IMG/VR virus record: IMGVR_UViG_3300045988_082739
Origin: a virus
Length of the DNA: 32,123 nt
Direction: 5' to 3' (one strand)
A program made the position numbers and the translations under genes. This document shows positions 23,151 through 31,595 of this stretch, piece after piece (positions within the stretch are counted from its first letter, which is position 1; each line of letters starts with the position of its first letter). Under the pieces are notes generated by a model, which was given only the letters and a program-made list of their open reading frames with translations, made no database searches and was not told where the DNA came from.

Positions 23151-23576
23151 ATGGCGGAAATCAACACGAGCGGGCTCGACGAGCTCCTCTCGGACATGGG
23201 CGCTATCGCGGAGATACCCGACGCGGTGCTCCTCGAAATGCTCGTAGCCGAGGCCGAGGTTATCGCCCCGGCACAGGCGCAAGAGGCGCGGGCTATGGGC
23301 GTTTACGACACCGGCACGACGGCGCAGAGCATCACGTACGACAAAAAGCTCCGCCAGACTAAAGACGGGGAGCCAGCTATCTATGTATATCCAAGAGGCA
23401 CGCGGCGGGACGGAAACCCCCGGCGCGTGGCAGAGGTCGCCTTTGTGAATGAGTTCGGGAAAGCGGGCCAGCCGGGGCGACCGTTCATCAACACGGCAAA
23501 CGAGAAAAAGGCCGACTCCGCCGTCGAAGCGGCGGCGGGCGTGTACGACCGATTTCTCAAGAGTAAAAACCTATGA
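23151..23576 (+). CDS. HK97 gp10-family tail-completion protein
   Basis: ..VNEFGKAGQPGRPFINTANEKK.. pattern and position before the major tail gene. Confidence 0.65.
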   Translation: MAEINTSGLDELLSDMGAIAEIPDAVLLEMLVAEAEVIAPAQAQEARAMGVYDTGTTAQSITYDKKLRQTKDGEPAIYVYPRGTRRDGNPRRVAEVAFVNEFGKAGQPGRPFINTANEKKADSAVEAAAGVYDRFLKSKNL

Positions 23577-23590
23577 GGAGGTAAATCTAT

Positions 23591-24172
23591 ATGGCACAGT
23601 TTGGAGCAAAGAGGCCGAGGTTCGCGCCCGTGGCTACCACGCCGGACAACGCGCTCCCGACCTACAATTTCGAGAGCGTCGTAACGATTGGTAAGCTCGT
23701 GGCGGCTAACCTCACCGTTACCAACGCCTCCGGCGAGCTCTACGGCGACGACGCGCTCGCGGAGAAAATTGATATGTTCGCGTCCGGCTCGCTGGAATTG
23801 CAGACGGACGACAAGACGGCGGAGGTTCACGCGGCCTTGCATGGGGCCACGCTGGACGAGCTCGAGGAGGAGCTCACGGACTCCGACAGCGACGTAGCGC
23901 CGCGCGGCGGTCTTGCCTATTACAAGGTGCTTATCCGAAACGGCGTGCGCGTCTATCAGGGCGTTTTCCATCCCCTTGTGAACGCTATTCTCGGCAACGA
24001 CAGCGCGGCGACAAAGGGGAGCTCTATCACGTTCGGTACGTCCACGACCACCTTTACCGTGTTCCGTTGCAATTCCGGCGCATGGCGTATCCGTAAGGAG
24101 TTCGACAGTGAGGCGGACGTTATCGCGTGGTGCGACGAAAAACTCGGATATACCGCCCCCGGCGGCGGCTGA
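23591..24172 (+). CDS. Major tail protein
   Basis: Position upstream of the G/GT chaperones, 193 aa, followed by a hairpin. Confidence 0.7.
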   Translation: MAQFGAKRPRFAPVATTPDNALPTYNFESVVTIGKLVAANLTVTNASGELYGDDALAEKIDMFASGSLELQTDDKTAEVHAALHGATLDELEEELTDSDSDVAPRGGLAYYKVLIRNGVRVYQGVFHPLVNAILGNDSAATKGSSITFGTSTTTFTVFRCNSGAWRIRKEFDSEADVIAWCDEKLGYTAPGGG

Positions 24173-24180
24173 TAACAAAA

Positions 24181-24213
24181 CGGGAGGCGGCGTAAGAAAC
24201 CGCCTCCCGCTTT
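24181..24213 (+). terminator. Hairpin cgggaggcgg / ccgcctcccg after the major tail gene (probable partial terminator)
   Basis: A 10-bp perfect stem was read directly. The T-tract is weak (ctttgcc). Confidence 0.45.
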
Positions 24214-24234
24214 GCCGATTGGAGGCTTTGACAC

Positions 24235-24651
24235 ATGAAAGCGGCAAAATTCACCGTCGAGGGGACGGCCTATTACCTCGTCCTCGACGGAGAGGCTATG
24301 TTTCAGATACGGGACACGTTCGGCGGTACAAAGCTCCTCCTCGAGCAACTCGAGCAGGACACCCGCGAGGGGTTCGACGCGGCTTGCACCGCCGCCGCGT
24401 TCATGGCGGAGCGGGGCGAGCTCATTCGCCGCCGGTTAGGATACGCGCCGGGAGAGATACCGGACGCGGATACGTTCCGGCTCCTCGTGCCGACCTATGA
24501 AATCGTCGACCTCAAGAACGCGGTTATCAAGGCCGTAACGCTCGGGTACGGGCGGGAGGTCAAGAGCGCCGAGGACGACGAATACGACGAGGGCCTCGAG
24601 GAACTCCGTCAAAAAAAAACACCATCAAGCGGGCGGAATACTACCGCATAG
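24235..24651 (+). CDS. Tail assembly chaperone (gpG analogue)
   Basis: Acidic 138-aa protein immediately upstream of the tape measure region. It contains the slippery A9 run. Confidence 0.75.
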   Translation: MKAAKFTVEGTAYYLVLDGEAMFQIRDTFGGTKLLLEQLEQDTREGFDAACTAAAFMAERGELIRRRLGYAPGEIPDADTFRLLVPTYEIVDLKNAVIKAVTLGYGREVKSAEDDEYDEGLEELRQKKTPSSGRNTTA

Positions 24652-24761
24652 CCGCACGGTGCGGAATATCGGTAACGGAGGCGCTCTTTATGCCTCCCGG
24701 CGAGCTTTTCGACCTTTGGGAGCTGTACCTCCGCGACCACGGTAAACGGGAAACGGAATAA
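24611..24761 (+). other. Programmed -1 frameshift site (A9, 24611..24619) and -1 frame extension giving the GT-type chaperone (fusion of about 175 aa, stop 24759-24761)
   Basis: The 0 frame reads caa aaa aaa aca. After a -1 slip the frame reads aac acc atc .. = NTIKRAEYYRIAARCGISVTEALFMPPGELFDLWELYLRDHGKRETE, which stays open to 24761. Confidence 0.7.
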
Positions 24762-24765
24762 AGAA

Positions 24766-24787
24766 AGAGCCGGGGTCTCCCGGCTCT
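24766..24787 (-). terminator. Terminator for the - strand gene 24795..25346 (agagccggg gtct cccggctct; T-rich tail on the - strand)
   Basis: A 9-bp perfect stem. The - strand continues tttcttt. Confidence 0.65.
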
Positions 24788-24794
24788 TATCGGA

Positions 24795-25346
24795 TTACGC
24801 TTGTTCAGCCTTGCGGAAAAGGCATTTCACGATTGCTCCGTACTTCATGGAGCGGCCCTCGGAGTCTGTACCGCCCCCGGAAACGTCGGCGGAAATCACG
24901 CCGATATAGTCGCGCCAGCGGTCAAGGAAAAACGGTATGTCGTCTTTACCGATATTCCCGATTTGCTGACCATTTACGAAAATCGGGAAAGCGGGACTAC
25001 CCTCGAACTCACCGCGTTCTATCGTTATCTCTATGTCGTCCCCATCAAATGGAGGGTCTCCCCATTTCAGCTTTCGCAAAATGGATTGCCGGGAGTGACC
25101 GTCCTCGTTTTTGAAGGTAACGCCGACGACCTTAAAGGGGATTTCCTCGCGGGAGGAGAGCTTGGCTTTTATACGGGCCCGTCTTTCGTTCTCCTCGCGC
25201 TCTTTTGCCTCCCGGCGGACGCGGATAGCCTCCTCCATTTCCGACTTGATTTTCTTCTTTTTCCATAGCCGGTAAATGAGGACGCAGATACCGACCGGGT
25301 AAAAAATCACGAGCAAGACGATTTGCCAGACCTTTAATTTTTTCAT
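24795..25346 (-). CDS. Membrane-anchored protein: TM helix, charged coiled coil, HIRAN-like domain (paralog of 6969..7511)
   Basis: MKKLKVWQIVLLVIFYPVGICVLIYRLWKK (28 of 30 residues identical to the other copy), then FKVVGVTFKNEDGHSRQSILRKL...GSPAFPIFVNGQQIGNIG. It has its own promoter and terminator. Confidence 0.75.
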   Translation of the reverse strand: MKKLKVWQIVLLVIFYPVGICVLIYRLWKKKKIKSEMEEAIRVRREAKEREENERRARIKAKLSSREEIPFKVVGVTFKNEDGHSRQSILRKLKWGDPPFDGDDIEITIERGEFEGSPAFPIFVNGQQIGNIGKDDIPFFLDRWRDYIGVISADVSGGGTDSEGRSMKYGAIVKCLFRKAEQA

Positions 25347-25385
25347 AGAGAGACCCCCTACTCCGTTTTTCGTTGGCTATTTCTC

Positions 25386-25413
25386 ATTATACGCGAAAAT
25401 GTGCGAAAGACAA
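25386..25413 (-). promoter_or_regulatory. Promoter for 24795..25346: TTGTCT - 16 nt - TATAAT on the - strand
   Basis: The reverse complement of 25408..25413 is TTGTCT and of 25386..25391 is TATAAT. Confidence 0.55.
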
Positions 25414-25452
25414 GTATTTTGTAAATTTTAATTACAGGACGGAGGGCGAGTA

Positions 25453-28212
25453 ATGGCAACACGCACCGTATCAACGAAACTCGCTATCCAAGGCGAGGAG
25501 CAGTATAAAAGCTCCATAAAGACGATTAACTCGACCCTCGCAACGCTGAAATCGGAGCTAAAGCTAACAGAGTCGCAGTTTGCAGGACAGGCAAACAGCC
25601 TCGAGGCATTAGAGGCCAAAGGCGAGACCCTCTCCAAAATGTACGAGGAGCAGGAAAAAAAGCTCAAGACCCTAAACGAAGTCGTATCAAAGGCCCGCGA
25701 CATTCAACAGGCATACGCCGATAGAGTCGAGCGGGCACAGGAAAACGTAAGTAAGTGTAAAGAGGCCCTCGACTCGCTTGCAAACGAGACAGGGGATACG
25801 AGCGCCGAGCAGGAAAAACTTGAGGCGGCGCTTAAGGCCGCGAACGACGAACTCGCAGAGGCTCAAAAGCACTATGACGAGGCTACGAGGAAAACAAACT
25901 CCTATCAGTCGCAACTAAACAGCACGGAGACCGCACTAAATGCGTTGGGGCGGGAAATCGACGACAATAACCGCTATCTCGACGAGGCCCGGAGTTCTAC
26001 GGACAAGTGCGCGAGCTCTATCGACGAGTACGGGAAAGAGGTCAAGGACGCGAGTAAAGAGACCGACTCTTTCGGCGAAAAGCTCAAGGGCGGACTCGTG
26101 ACCGGGGCAAAAGCCGCCACGACCGCGCTTGCGGCGGTCGGCGCGGCGGCGGTCGCCGGGGTGGGCGTGCTCCTCAGCCTCGCGGAGTCTACGGAGGAAT
26201 ACCGGGCCGCACAGGGGCGGTTAAATACCGCGTTCACGGCGGCGGGATACTCCACGGACACGGCGACGGAGGCGTATCGTTCCCTTTATGCCGTGCTCGG
26301 GGACACCGACACGGCGACGGAGGCGGCACAACTCCTCGCACAGCTCGCGACCTCCGAAAAGGACGTTGCAACGTGGGGCGATATTGCCGCCGGAGTATCC
26401 GGCACGTTTGGCGACGCGCTCCCGATAAACTCGCTCATTGAGGCGGCGAACGAGACGGCAAAGGTCGGCACAGTGACCGGGGCCCTCGCCGACGCTTTGA
26501 ATTGGGTCGGTATCAGCGAGGACGAGTTTAACGAAAAGCTCGCCGCGTGTGCCGACGAGACAGAGCGAGCAAACCTTATCACGGAGACCCTCTCCTCCAC
26601 CTACAAGGACGCGGGCGAGATTTTCAAGGAAAATAACGCCACGATTATGGAGGCGCGGGAGGCTCAAGCAGAACTCGACGACACGCTCGCCCGGCTCGGC
26701 GGGACGGTCGCCGACGTGAAAAACGAGCTCGTAGCGGAGTTCGCCCCGGCCCTCGCCGACGTGGTAGACGCTTTCGTCGACGTGATAAACGGGGTAGACG
26801 GCGCGGAGGAGGCGCTCGGAGAGGCTATCGACGGCATGATAGGGCAAGCCGCCGACAAGCTCCCGGAGCTCCTCGAGTTCGGTACGACTATCGTACTCAA
26901 CATTTTAGAGGGCATTGTGAACGCGGCTCCGCAACTTGCGGAGGCCGCGATTTCTGTACTCACCACACTAACGGAGGGGCTCGTATCAGCCCTCCCCCAG
27001 CTCGCCGAGGCCGCTATTCAAATCGTGAACGGGCTCGCAACGGGTATCGCCGAGGCGCTCCCGTCCCTCATTCCGGCGGCGGTGGCGGCTATCACGCAGT
27101 TAGTACAAACGCTGATAGAGAATATCCCCCTACTCGTCGACGCGGCGTTACAGCTCGTGACAGGGCTCGCGACGGGCATTATCGAGGCTATCCCGGTATT
27201 GCTCGAGGCGCTCCCAACGCTGATAGAGAGCCTCGTTACGGCGCTCCTCGAGGCCGTGCCGCAAATCATCGAGACGGGCGTTACCCTCTTGACGGCCCTC
27301 GTAACAAACCTCCCGGACATTATCGCGACGATATGCGAGGTATTGCCGCAAATCATCCAGTCGACCATAGATACCTTGCTCTCGCACTTGCCGGAAATCG
27401 TAGAGGCAGGGGTCGAGCTCTTAACGGCGCTCATTACCAACCTACCGCAAATTATCTCGACCATCGTACAGGCGCTCCCGCAAATCATTACCTCTATCGT
27501 CTCGACACTGGTAAACAATATCCCGAAAATAGTCGAGACCGGCGTAAAGCTCTTGACCTCCCTTATCACCAACCTACCGCAGATTATCTCCTCGCTTGTG
27601 GCGGCTATGCCGCAAATCATTTCGAGCATGGTATCGGCACTCGGGCAGGGCGTGAGCGCCTTTGCACAGGTGGGCGCAAACCTTGTCCAAGGGCTTTGGA
27701 GCGGTATTCAATCCCTCGCCGGGTGGCTATGGGATAAGGTCTCCGGGTGGATTTCCTCCATTTGGGACGGTATCACGGGCTTTTTCGGTATCTCCTCGCC
27801 GTCTAAAAAAATGGCGTGGGTCTCCGAAATGAATATCGAGGGCGCGGCTCGCGGTATCGAGCAGAACAAGGGCCGGGCGGTAAAAGCCTACGGAGATATG
27901 ACCGCCGAAATGCTCGACGAGGTAGAGTCGGGCATGAGGAAAGTGAATACCGCCCTCGCCGACGGTATCGGGGAAATGGAGACGGGCTTTTCCGCCCGCG
28001 CCACGATTGAACAGGTCTCCGCCGCCGTGCCGAGCATGGCAGACCGCCGCAGAGGGTCGGAGACGGCCTCCGGCGGGACGACGACGGTAACGAACACGTT
28101 CCATATCGGCGAGCTCGTCGTCCGCGAGGAGGCGGACGTAAAGCGCGTCGCAAAGGAGCTCTACAATATGCAACGCGCGAAATCTCGCGGAAAGGGGGTC
28201 GTTACCTCGTGA
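25453..28212 (+). CDS. Tape measure protein (919 aa)
   Basis: Length, position, an N-terminal coiled coil, and a central helical array with recurring LP(Q/E)II / TNLPQII motifs roughly every 20 residues (about 26950-27650). Confidence 0.9.
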   Translation: MATRTVSTKLAIQGEEQYKSSIKTINSTLATLKSELKLTESQFAGQANSLEALEAKGETLSKMYEEQEKKLKTLNEVVSKARDIQQAYADRVERAQENVSKCKEALDSLANETGDTSAEQEKLEAALKAANDELAEAQKHYDEATRKTNSYQSQLNSTETALNALGREIDDNNRYLDEARSSTDKCASSIDEYGKEVKDASKETDSFGEKLKGGLVTGAKAATTALAAVGAAAVAGVGVLLSLAESTEEYRAAQGRLNTAFTAAGYSTDTATEAYRSLYAVLGDTDTATEAAQLLAQLATSEKDVATWGDIAAGVSGTFGDALPINSLIEAANETAKVGTVTGALADALNWVGISEDEFNEKLAACADETERANLITETLSSTYKDAGEIFKENNATIMEAREAQAELDDTLARLGGTVADVKNELVAEFAPALADVVDAFVDVINGVDGAEEALGEAIDGMIGQAADKLPELLEFGTTIVLNILEGIVNAAPQLAEAAISVLTTLTEGLVSALPQLAEAAIQIVNGLATGIAEALPSLIPAAVAAITQLVQTLIENIPLLVDAALQLVTGLATGIIEAIPVLLEALPTLIESLVTALLEAVPQIIETGVTLLTALVTNLPDIIATICEVLPQIIQSTIDTLLSHLPEIVEAGVELLTALITNLPQIISTIVQALPQIITSIVSTLVNNIPKIVETGVKLLTSLITNLPQIISSLVAAMPQIISSMVSALGQGVSAFAQVGANLVQGLWSGIQSLAGWLWDKVSGWISSIWDGITGFFGISSPSKKMAWVSEMNIEGAARGIEQNKGRAVKAYGDMTAEMLDEVESGMRKVNTALADGIGEMETGFSARATIEQVSAAVPSMADRRRGSETASGGTTTVTNTFHIGELVVREEADVKRVAKELYNMQRAKSRGKGVVTS

Positions 28213-28748
28213 AATTGGGCTTTACATTCAACAACGTACACAGTGACGACATGGGGGTCGTGTTCCGCTCTACCGACCGAACGCTCCTCCCGCCGAAACG
28301 AGTCACGCAGTACACCATACCCGGCAAAAGCGGCACATACGACATAGAGGACGGATACGAAAACCGGGAAATCTCGTGCGAGGTATCCTTTGTCGGAGAG
28401 GATTATCAATATCCCGGCGTGCGGACGCGGGCCCGCGCCGTCGCCGGGTGGCTCTCCGGCGAGGGCTTGCTCATTTTCGACGACGAGCCGGAAAAGGCAT
28501 ACAGCGCAAAGGTTATCAGCGGTATAAGCATTGAGCAAATCGCGATTACGGGCCGTTGCGAGGTCGTCTTTCTTTGCGGGCCGTTCGCGGAGTCCATCCA
28601 GTATAATCAGCAGATTGTAAACTCCGTCTCCCTCCCACATTCGGAGCCGGTCAACGTGAACGGCACACAGGAGACGGATTGCCTTATCTACATCACGGCC
28701 CGAGGCAACATTACGAACTTGACCGTTACCCGTGTCAAGGTGAACTAA
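28209..28748 (+). CDS. Distal tail protein (Dit / Sipho_tail family), N-terminal-type portion, GTG start
   Basis: MKLGFTFNNVHSDDMGVVF..R.LLPP...YTIPGKSGTYD is a typical Sipho_tail N-terminus. GTGA coupling to the tape measure gene. Confidence 0.7.
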   Translation: MKLGFTFNNVHSDDMGVVFRSTDRTLLPPKRVTQYTIPGKSGTYDIEDGYENREISCEVSFVGEDYQYPGVRTRARAVAGWLSGEGLLIFDDEPEKAYSAKVISGISIEQIAITGRCEVVFLCGPFAESIQYNQQIVNSVSLPHSEPVNVNGTQETDCLIYITARGNITNLTVTRVKVN

Positions 28749-28766
28749 AAACGGAGGTATGTAAAA

Positions 28767-29147
28767 ATGGCAGCTCTTTCTAACGTACACGCCGCGTCGC
28801 TCCTCAATACATCGTTGCGGAGCGGGACGTATTACCTCGCCTTGTTTCTGACCGACCCGACCGCCGCCGCCACGGGCACGGAGGCAAGCGGCGGCGGATA
28901 TGCCCGGAAGATTATCACGTTCGGGGCCCCGTCGCTGGTATCCGGGCGGCAACAGGTGACGAACACGGCGGCGGTGGACTACGGCGTTATCACGGCGGAC
29001 ATTGGAACGGTCTCCTATTGGGGTGTCTTTGACTCGCAGAGCGGCGGAAACCTCTTGTGGTTCGGCTCGTTCGCACGGGGAAAGAACGTGCTCAACGGGG
29101 ACGCTATCACCGTAGAGGCGGGCGCTATCACCTGTAACCTCTCGTAA
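28767..29147 (+). CDS. Hypothetical tail-module protein (126 aa)
   Basis: GGAGGT RBS upstream. Lies within the tail-tip genes. No family recognised. Confidence 0.55.
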   Translation: MAALSNVHAASLLNTSLRSGTYYLALFLTDPTAAATGTEASGGGYARKIITFGAPSLVSGRQQVTNTAAVDYGVITADIGTVSYWGVFDSQSGGNLLWFGSFARGKNVLNGDAITVEAGAITCNLS

Positions 29148-29159
29148 GGAGGCGAGGAA

Positions 29160-29681
29160 ATGTATAACCGCACTCCATACAACCGAACGCAGTACAACCG
29201 AAAAGCCCGCTTTGTGTTCGAGTGGACGGCGACAGCCAACGCGGAGAGCGGTAGCGGCGGCGCTTTGCTCGTTATCCGATACCTCGCGGGCACGGCGGAG
29301 GCCGAGACCTCCGCCTCCGGCGAGGTCGTCCGTATTCTGCTATTCACGTCGGCGGCGGAGGCCGTCGCCGAGGCCATCGGCGACTATATCCGTACCCTTT
29401 TCTTTGAGGGCGACGCGATAGCGGAGGCGAACGCCAGCGGTACAGGCGTATCGACATACGGGCAAGAGGTTATGGTCGTCGAGGGCGTGAACATGGTCGC
29501 CGGAGACGAGCTCATAATCGACACGGAGCACATGACCGTAACGCTCAACGGGGTAAACATCGTCGACCGGGTAAGCGACTCGAGCGTCTTTTTCAAGCTC
29601 ATGTCCGGGGTGAACGACATTATCGTCGAGGGCGGCACAACGGCGGATATTCGTATCTTGTGGAAAGACAGGTGGTTATAA
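29160..29681 (+). CDS. Tail protein with three AEA-rich repeats of about 20 aa and a Sipho_tail C-terminal-type segment
   Basis: GDELIIDTEHMTVTLNGVNIVDRVSDSSVFFKLMSGVNDIIVEGGTTADIRILWKDRWL matches the usual C-terminal pattern of Dit-family proteins. Confidence 0.6.
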   Translation: MYNRTPYNRTQYNRKARFVFEWTATANAESGSGGALLVIRYLAGTAEAETSASGEVVRILLFTSAAEAVAEAIGDYIRTLFFEGDAIAEANASGTGVSTYGQEVMVVEGVNMVAGDELIIDTEHMTVTLNGVNIVDRVSDSSVFFKLMSGVNDIIVEGGTTADIRILWKDRWL

Positions 29682-31580
29682 ATGGCGGTGCCGCAGGTAT
29701 TCGACCGCAACATGAAACGGCTTGCCTATCTCGACAACGCTATGAGCGTCGGGTACACCCTCGAGACAAACTCCCTATGGACGGCGACGTTTACTATGCC
29801 AGCGGACGACCCGAAAACGGAGTATTGCACGCCGCTGAACTACGTCGAGATTTTCGACGGGGACGAACGTATCGACCTTTTCCGTATCATTGGGGAGGAT
29901 TTGGAGCGGAGCGACGGGGCGACCCGGTTTTATAACTGCGAGCACGTCCTCGCGACTCTCCTCAATGACGTACTATTTCAGTACCATCAATGCGGCGGGA
30001 CGGGGGTACGGACGGCGGAGGTATTGAACTATATCCTCAACCGGCAGACAACGCGAAATTGGGTGCTCGGCTCGTGCGATTTCGAGCGGTTCTTTGAGTA
30101 CAACTGGGAAAACTCGACCCTCCTCGCGGCCCTCTTTGCCGTCCCGGAGTGTTTCGACAGTGATTACCTTTGGACGTGGGACACGACCGGGTATCCGTGG
30201 TCGCTCTCCCTCGTCGCGCCGTCGGACAGGCTCAAAAGCGAGATACGGTATGCAAAAAACATGACGGAGATACGGAAGTCGCGGGACGATACCGGCCTCG
30301 CAAATCGTATCTACGCGCTCGGCTACGGCGAGGGGGTAAATCAGCTCACTATCTCGTCGGTAAACAACGGCCTCCCGTATGTGGAGGACGCTTTGAGTAT
30401 CGAGAAATACGGGCTTTGCTCGAGTATCCTCGTCGACACGCGGTACGAGGTAGAGGAAAATCTCAAGGCATACGCCGAGCAGATTTTACGGGAGAGCGCG
30501 GAGCCCTATTACTCCTATGAGATAGGGGCTATCGACCTCCACCGGCTCACGGGAGACGCTTTCTCCCGTTTCTGGCCGGGTGAAATCGTCCGTATCGTGG
30601 ACGACGAGGACGGGGTAAACCTCCGCGCCCGCATTGTGAGCGTGACAAAGGACGACGCGCAGGGCGACCCCGGAGCCGTGAGCGTGACGATAGCGAACAA
30701 GTCGAAAGACATAGCCGGGAGCATTTCGGACTTGCAGAGCCGCGCCCTCATTGGGGAGACCTACGCGCAGGGGGCCACAAATCAACAGGTCTATAACTTC
30801 TCGGACAATGCGGACGCAGACCACCCGGCGACCATGAAAATCTATATCGACGAGTCGGTCGTCCGCATAAACAAAATGCTCCTCAATATCCAGTTTGAGC
30901 CGTTCCGGGCCTTTGAGCAGGCTATCGGCGGCGGAGGCGGGCAAACGACCTCCTCCGGCGGCGGTACGACTACCTCCTCCGGCGGAGGCTCGACGACTTC
31001 CTCCGGCGGCGGGTCTACAACGTCCAGCGGCGGCGGGCAGACCTCGAGCGGAACGGCCCTCGAGAGCTCGAATATCCTCCCGAACGAGACGAACGGACAG
31101 GCGGTACATAATCACGGCCTATCAAGCGGAGCGAAACTCGCTATCGTGGACTCGTCGCTGAAAATCGTAGGATACGAGAGCTTTGTGTGGTCGGGGGCGC
31201 ACGTCCACCCGGCCCATACGCACAGGATTTCCGATCACACGCACCGGGTGGACTCGCACACGCACCGCGTGAGCGCCCACACCCACACCGTACCGGCCCA
31301 CACGCACACGGTACAAAATCACACCCACGCGATACAGTTCGGCATATACGAGGGGCAACGGGCCTCCCGTGCGACTATCCGGGTCGACGGGAACGTCCTC
31401 CCGGCTCAAAGCGGTTATGACAATATCGACATTGTAGCGTATCTCTCCAAGGACGACAGCGGGAAGATACAGCGCGGGACGTGGCATACCGTCGAAGTGC
31501 TCCCGGATACTATGAGCCGTATCGTCGGGGCCGTGTTCTCGCAGACGTTTTGTAATTCTCGCGGCGGCGGGGACTATTAA
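29682..31580 (+). CDS. Tail-associated protein (Tal / phage minor structural protein, prophage-tail N-terminal domain) with Gly/Ser/Thr and His-rich C-terminal repeats
   Basis: N-terminus VFDRNMKRLAYLDNAMSVGYTLETNSLWTATFTMP...YVEIFDG is typical of siphovirus Tal. Size and position agree. Confidence 0.8.
   Translation: MAVPQVFDRNMKRLAYLDNAMSVGYTLETNSLWTATFTMPADDPKTEYCTPLNYVEIFDGDERIDLFRIIGEDLERSDGATRFYNCEHVLATLLNDVLFQYHQCGGTGVRTAEVLNYILNRQTTRNWVLGSCDFERFFEYNWENSTLLAALFAVPECFDSDYLWTWDTTGYPWSLSLVAPSDRLKSEIRYAKNMTEIRKSRDDTGLANRIYALGYGEGVNQLTISSVNNGLPYVEDALSIEKYGLCSSILVDTRYEVEENLKAYAEQILRESAEPYYSYEIGAIDLHRLTGDAFSRFWPGEIVRIVDDEDGVNLRARIVSVTKDDAQGDPGAVSVTIANKSKDIAGSISDLQSRALIGETYAQGATNQQVYNFSDNADADHPATMKIYIDESVVRINKMLLNIQFEPFRAFEQAIGGGGGQTTSSGGGTTTSSGGGSTTSSGGGSTTSSGGGQTSSGTALESSNILPNETNGQAVHNHGLSSGAKLAIVDSSLKIVGYESFVWSGAHVHPAHTHRISDHTHRVDSHTHRVSAHTHTVPAHTHTVQNHTHAIQFGIYEGQRASRATIRVDGNVLPAQSGYDNIDIVAYLSKDDSGKIQRGTWHTVEVLPDTMSRIVGAVFSQTFCNSRGGGDY
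30927..31047 (+). repeat. Coding 24-nt tandem repeats (GGG[QTS]TTSS, about 5 copies)
   Basis: GGGGQTTSSGGGTTTSSGGGSTTSSGGGSTTSSGGGQTSSG read from the ORF. Confidence 0.85.
31198..31333 (+). repeat. Coding 21-nt tandem repeats: six HTH triplets at exact 7-residue spacing, preceded by HVH
   Basis: AHVHPAHTHRISDHTHRVDSHTHRVSAHTHTVPAHTHTVQNHTHAI. Confidence 0.85.
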
Positions 31581-31595
31581 CAGGGAGGTTAGAGA

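Noticed and set aside
30927-31333. Short-period tandem repeats (24 nt and 21 nt) that could resemble a CRISPR or minisatellite array
   Set aside because: There are no unique spacers. The repeats are in frame inside the Tal ORF and translate to GGGxTTSS and HTHxVxx peptide repeats. No CRISPR array exists anywhere in the window.
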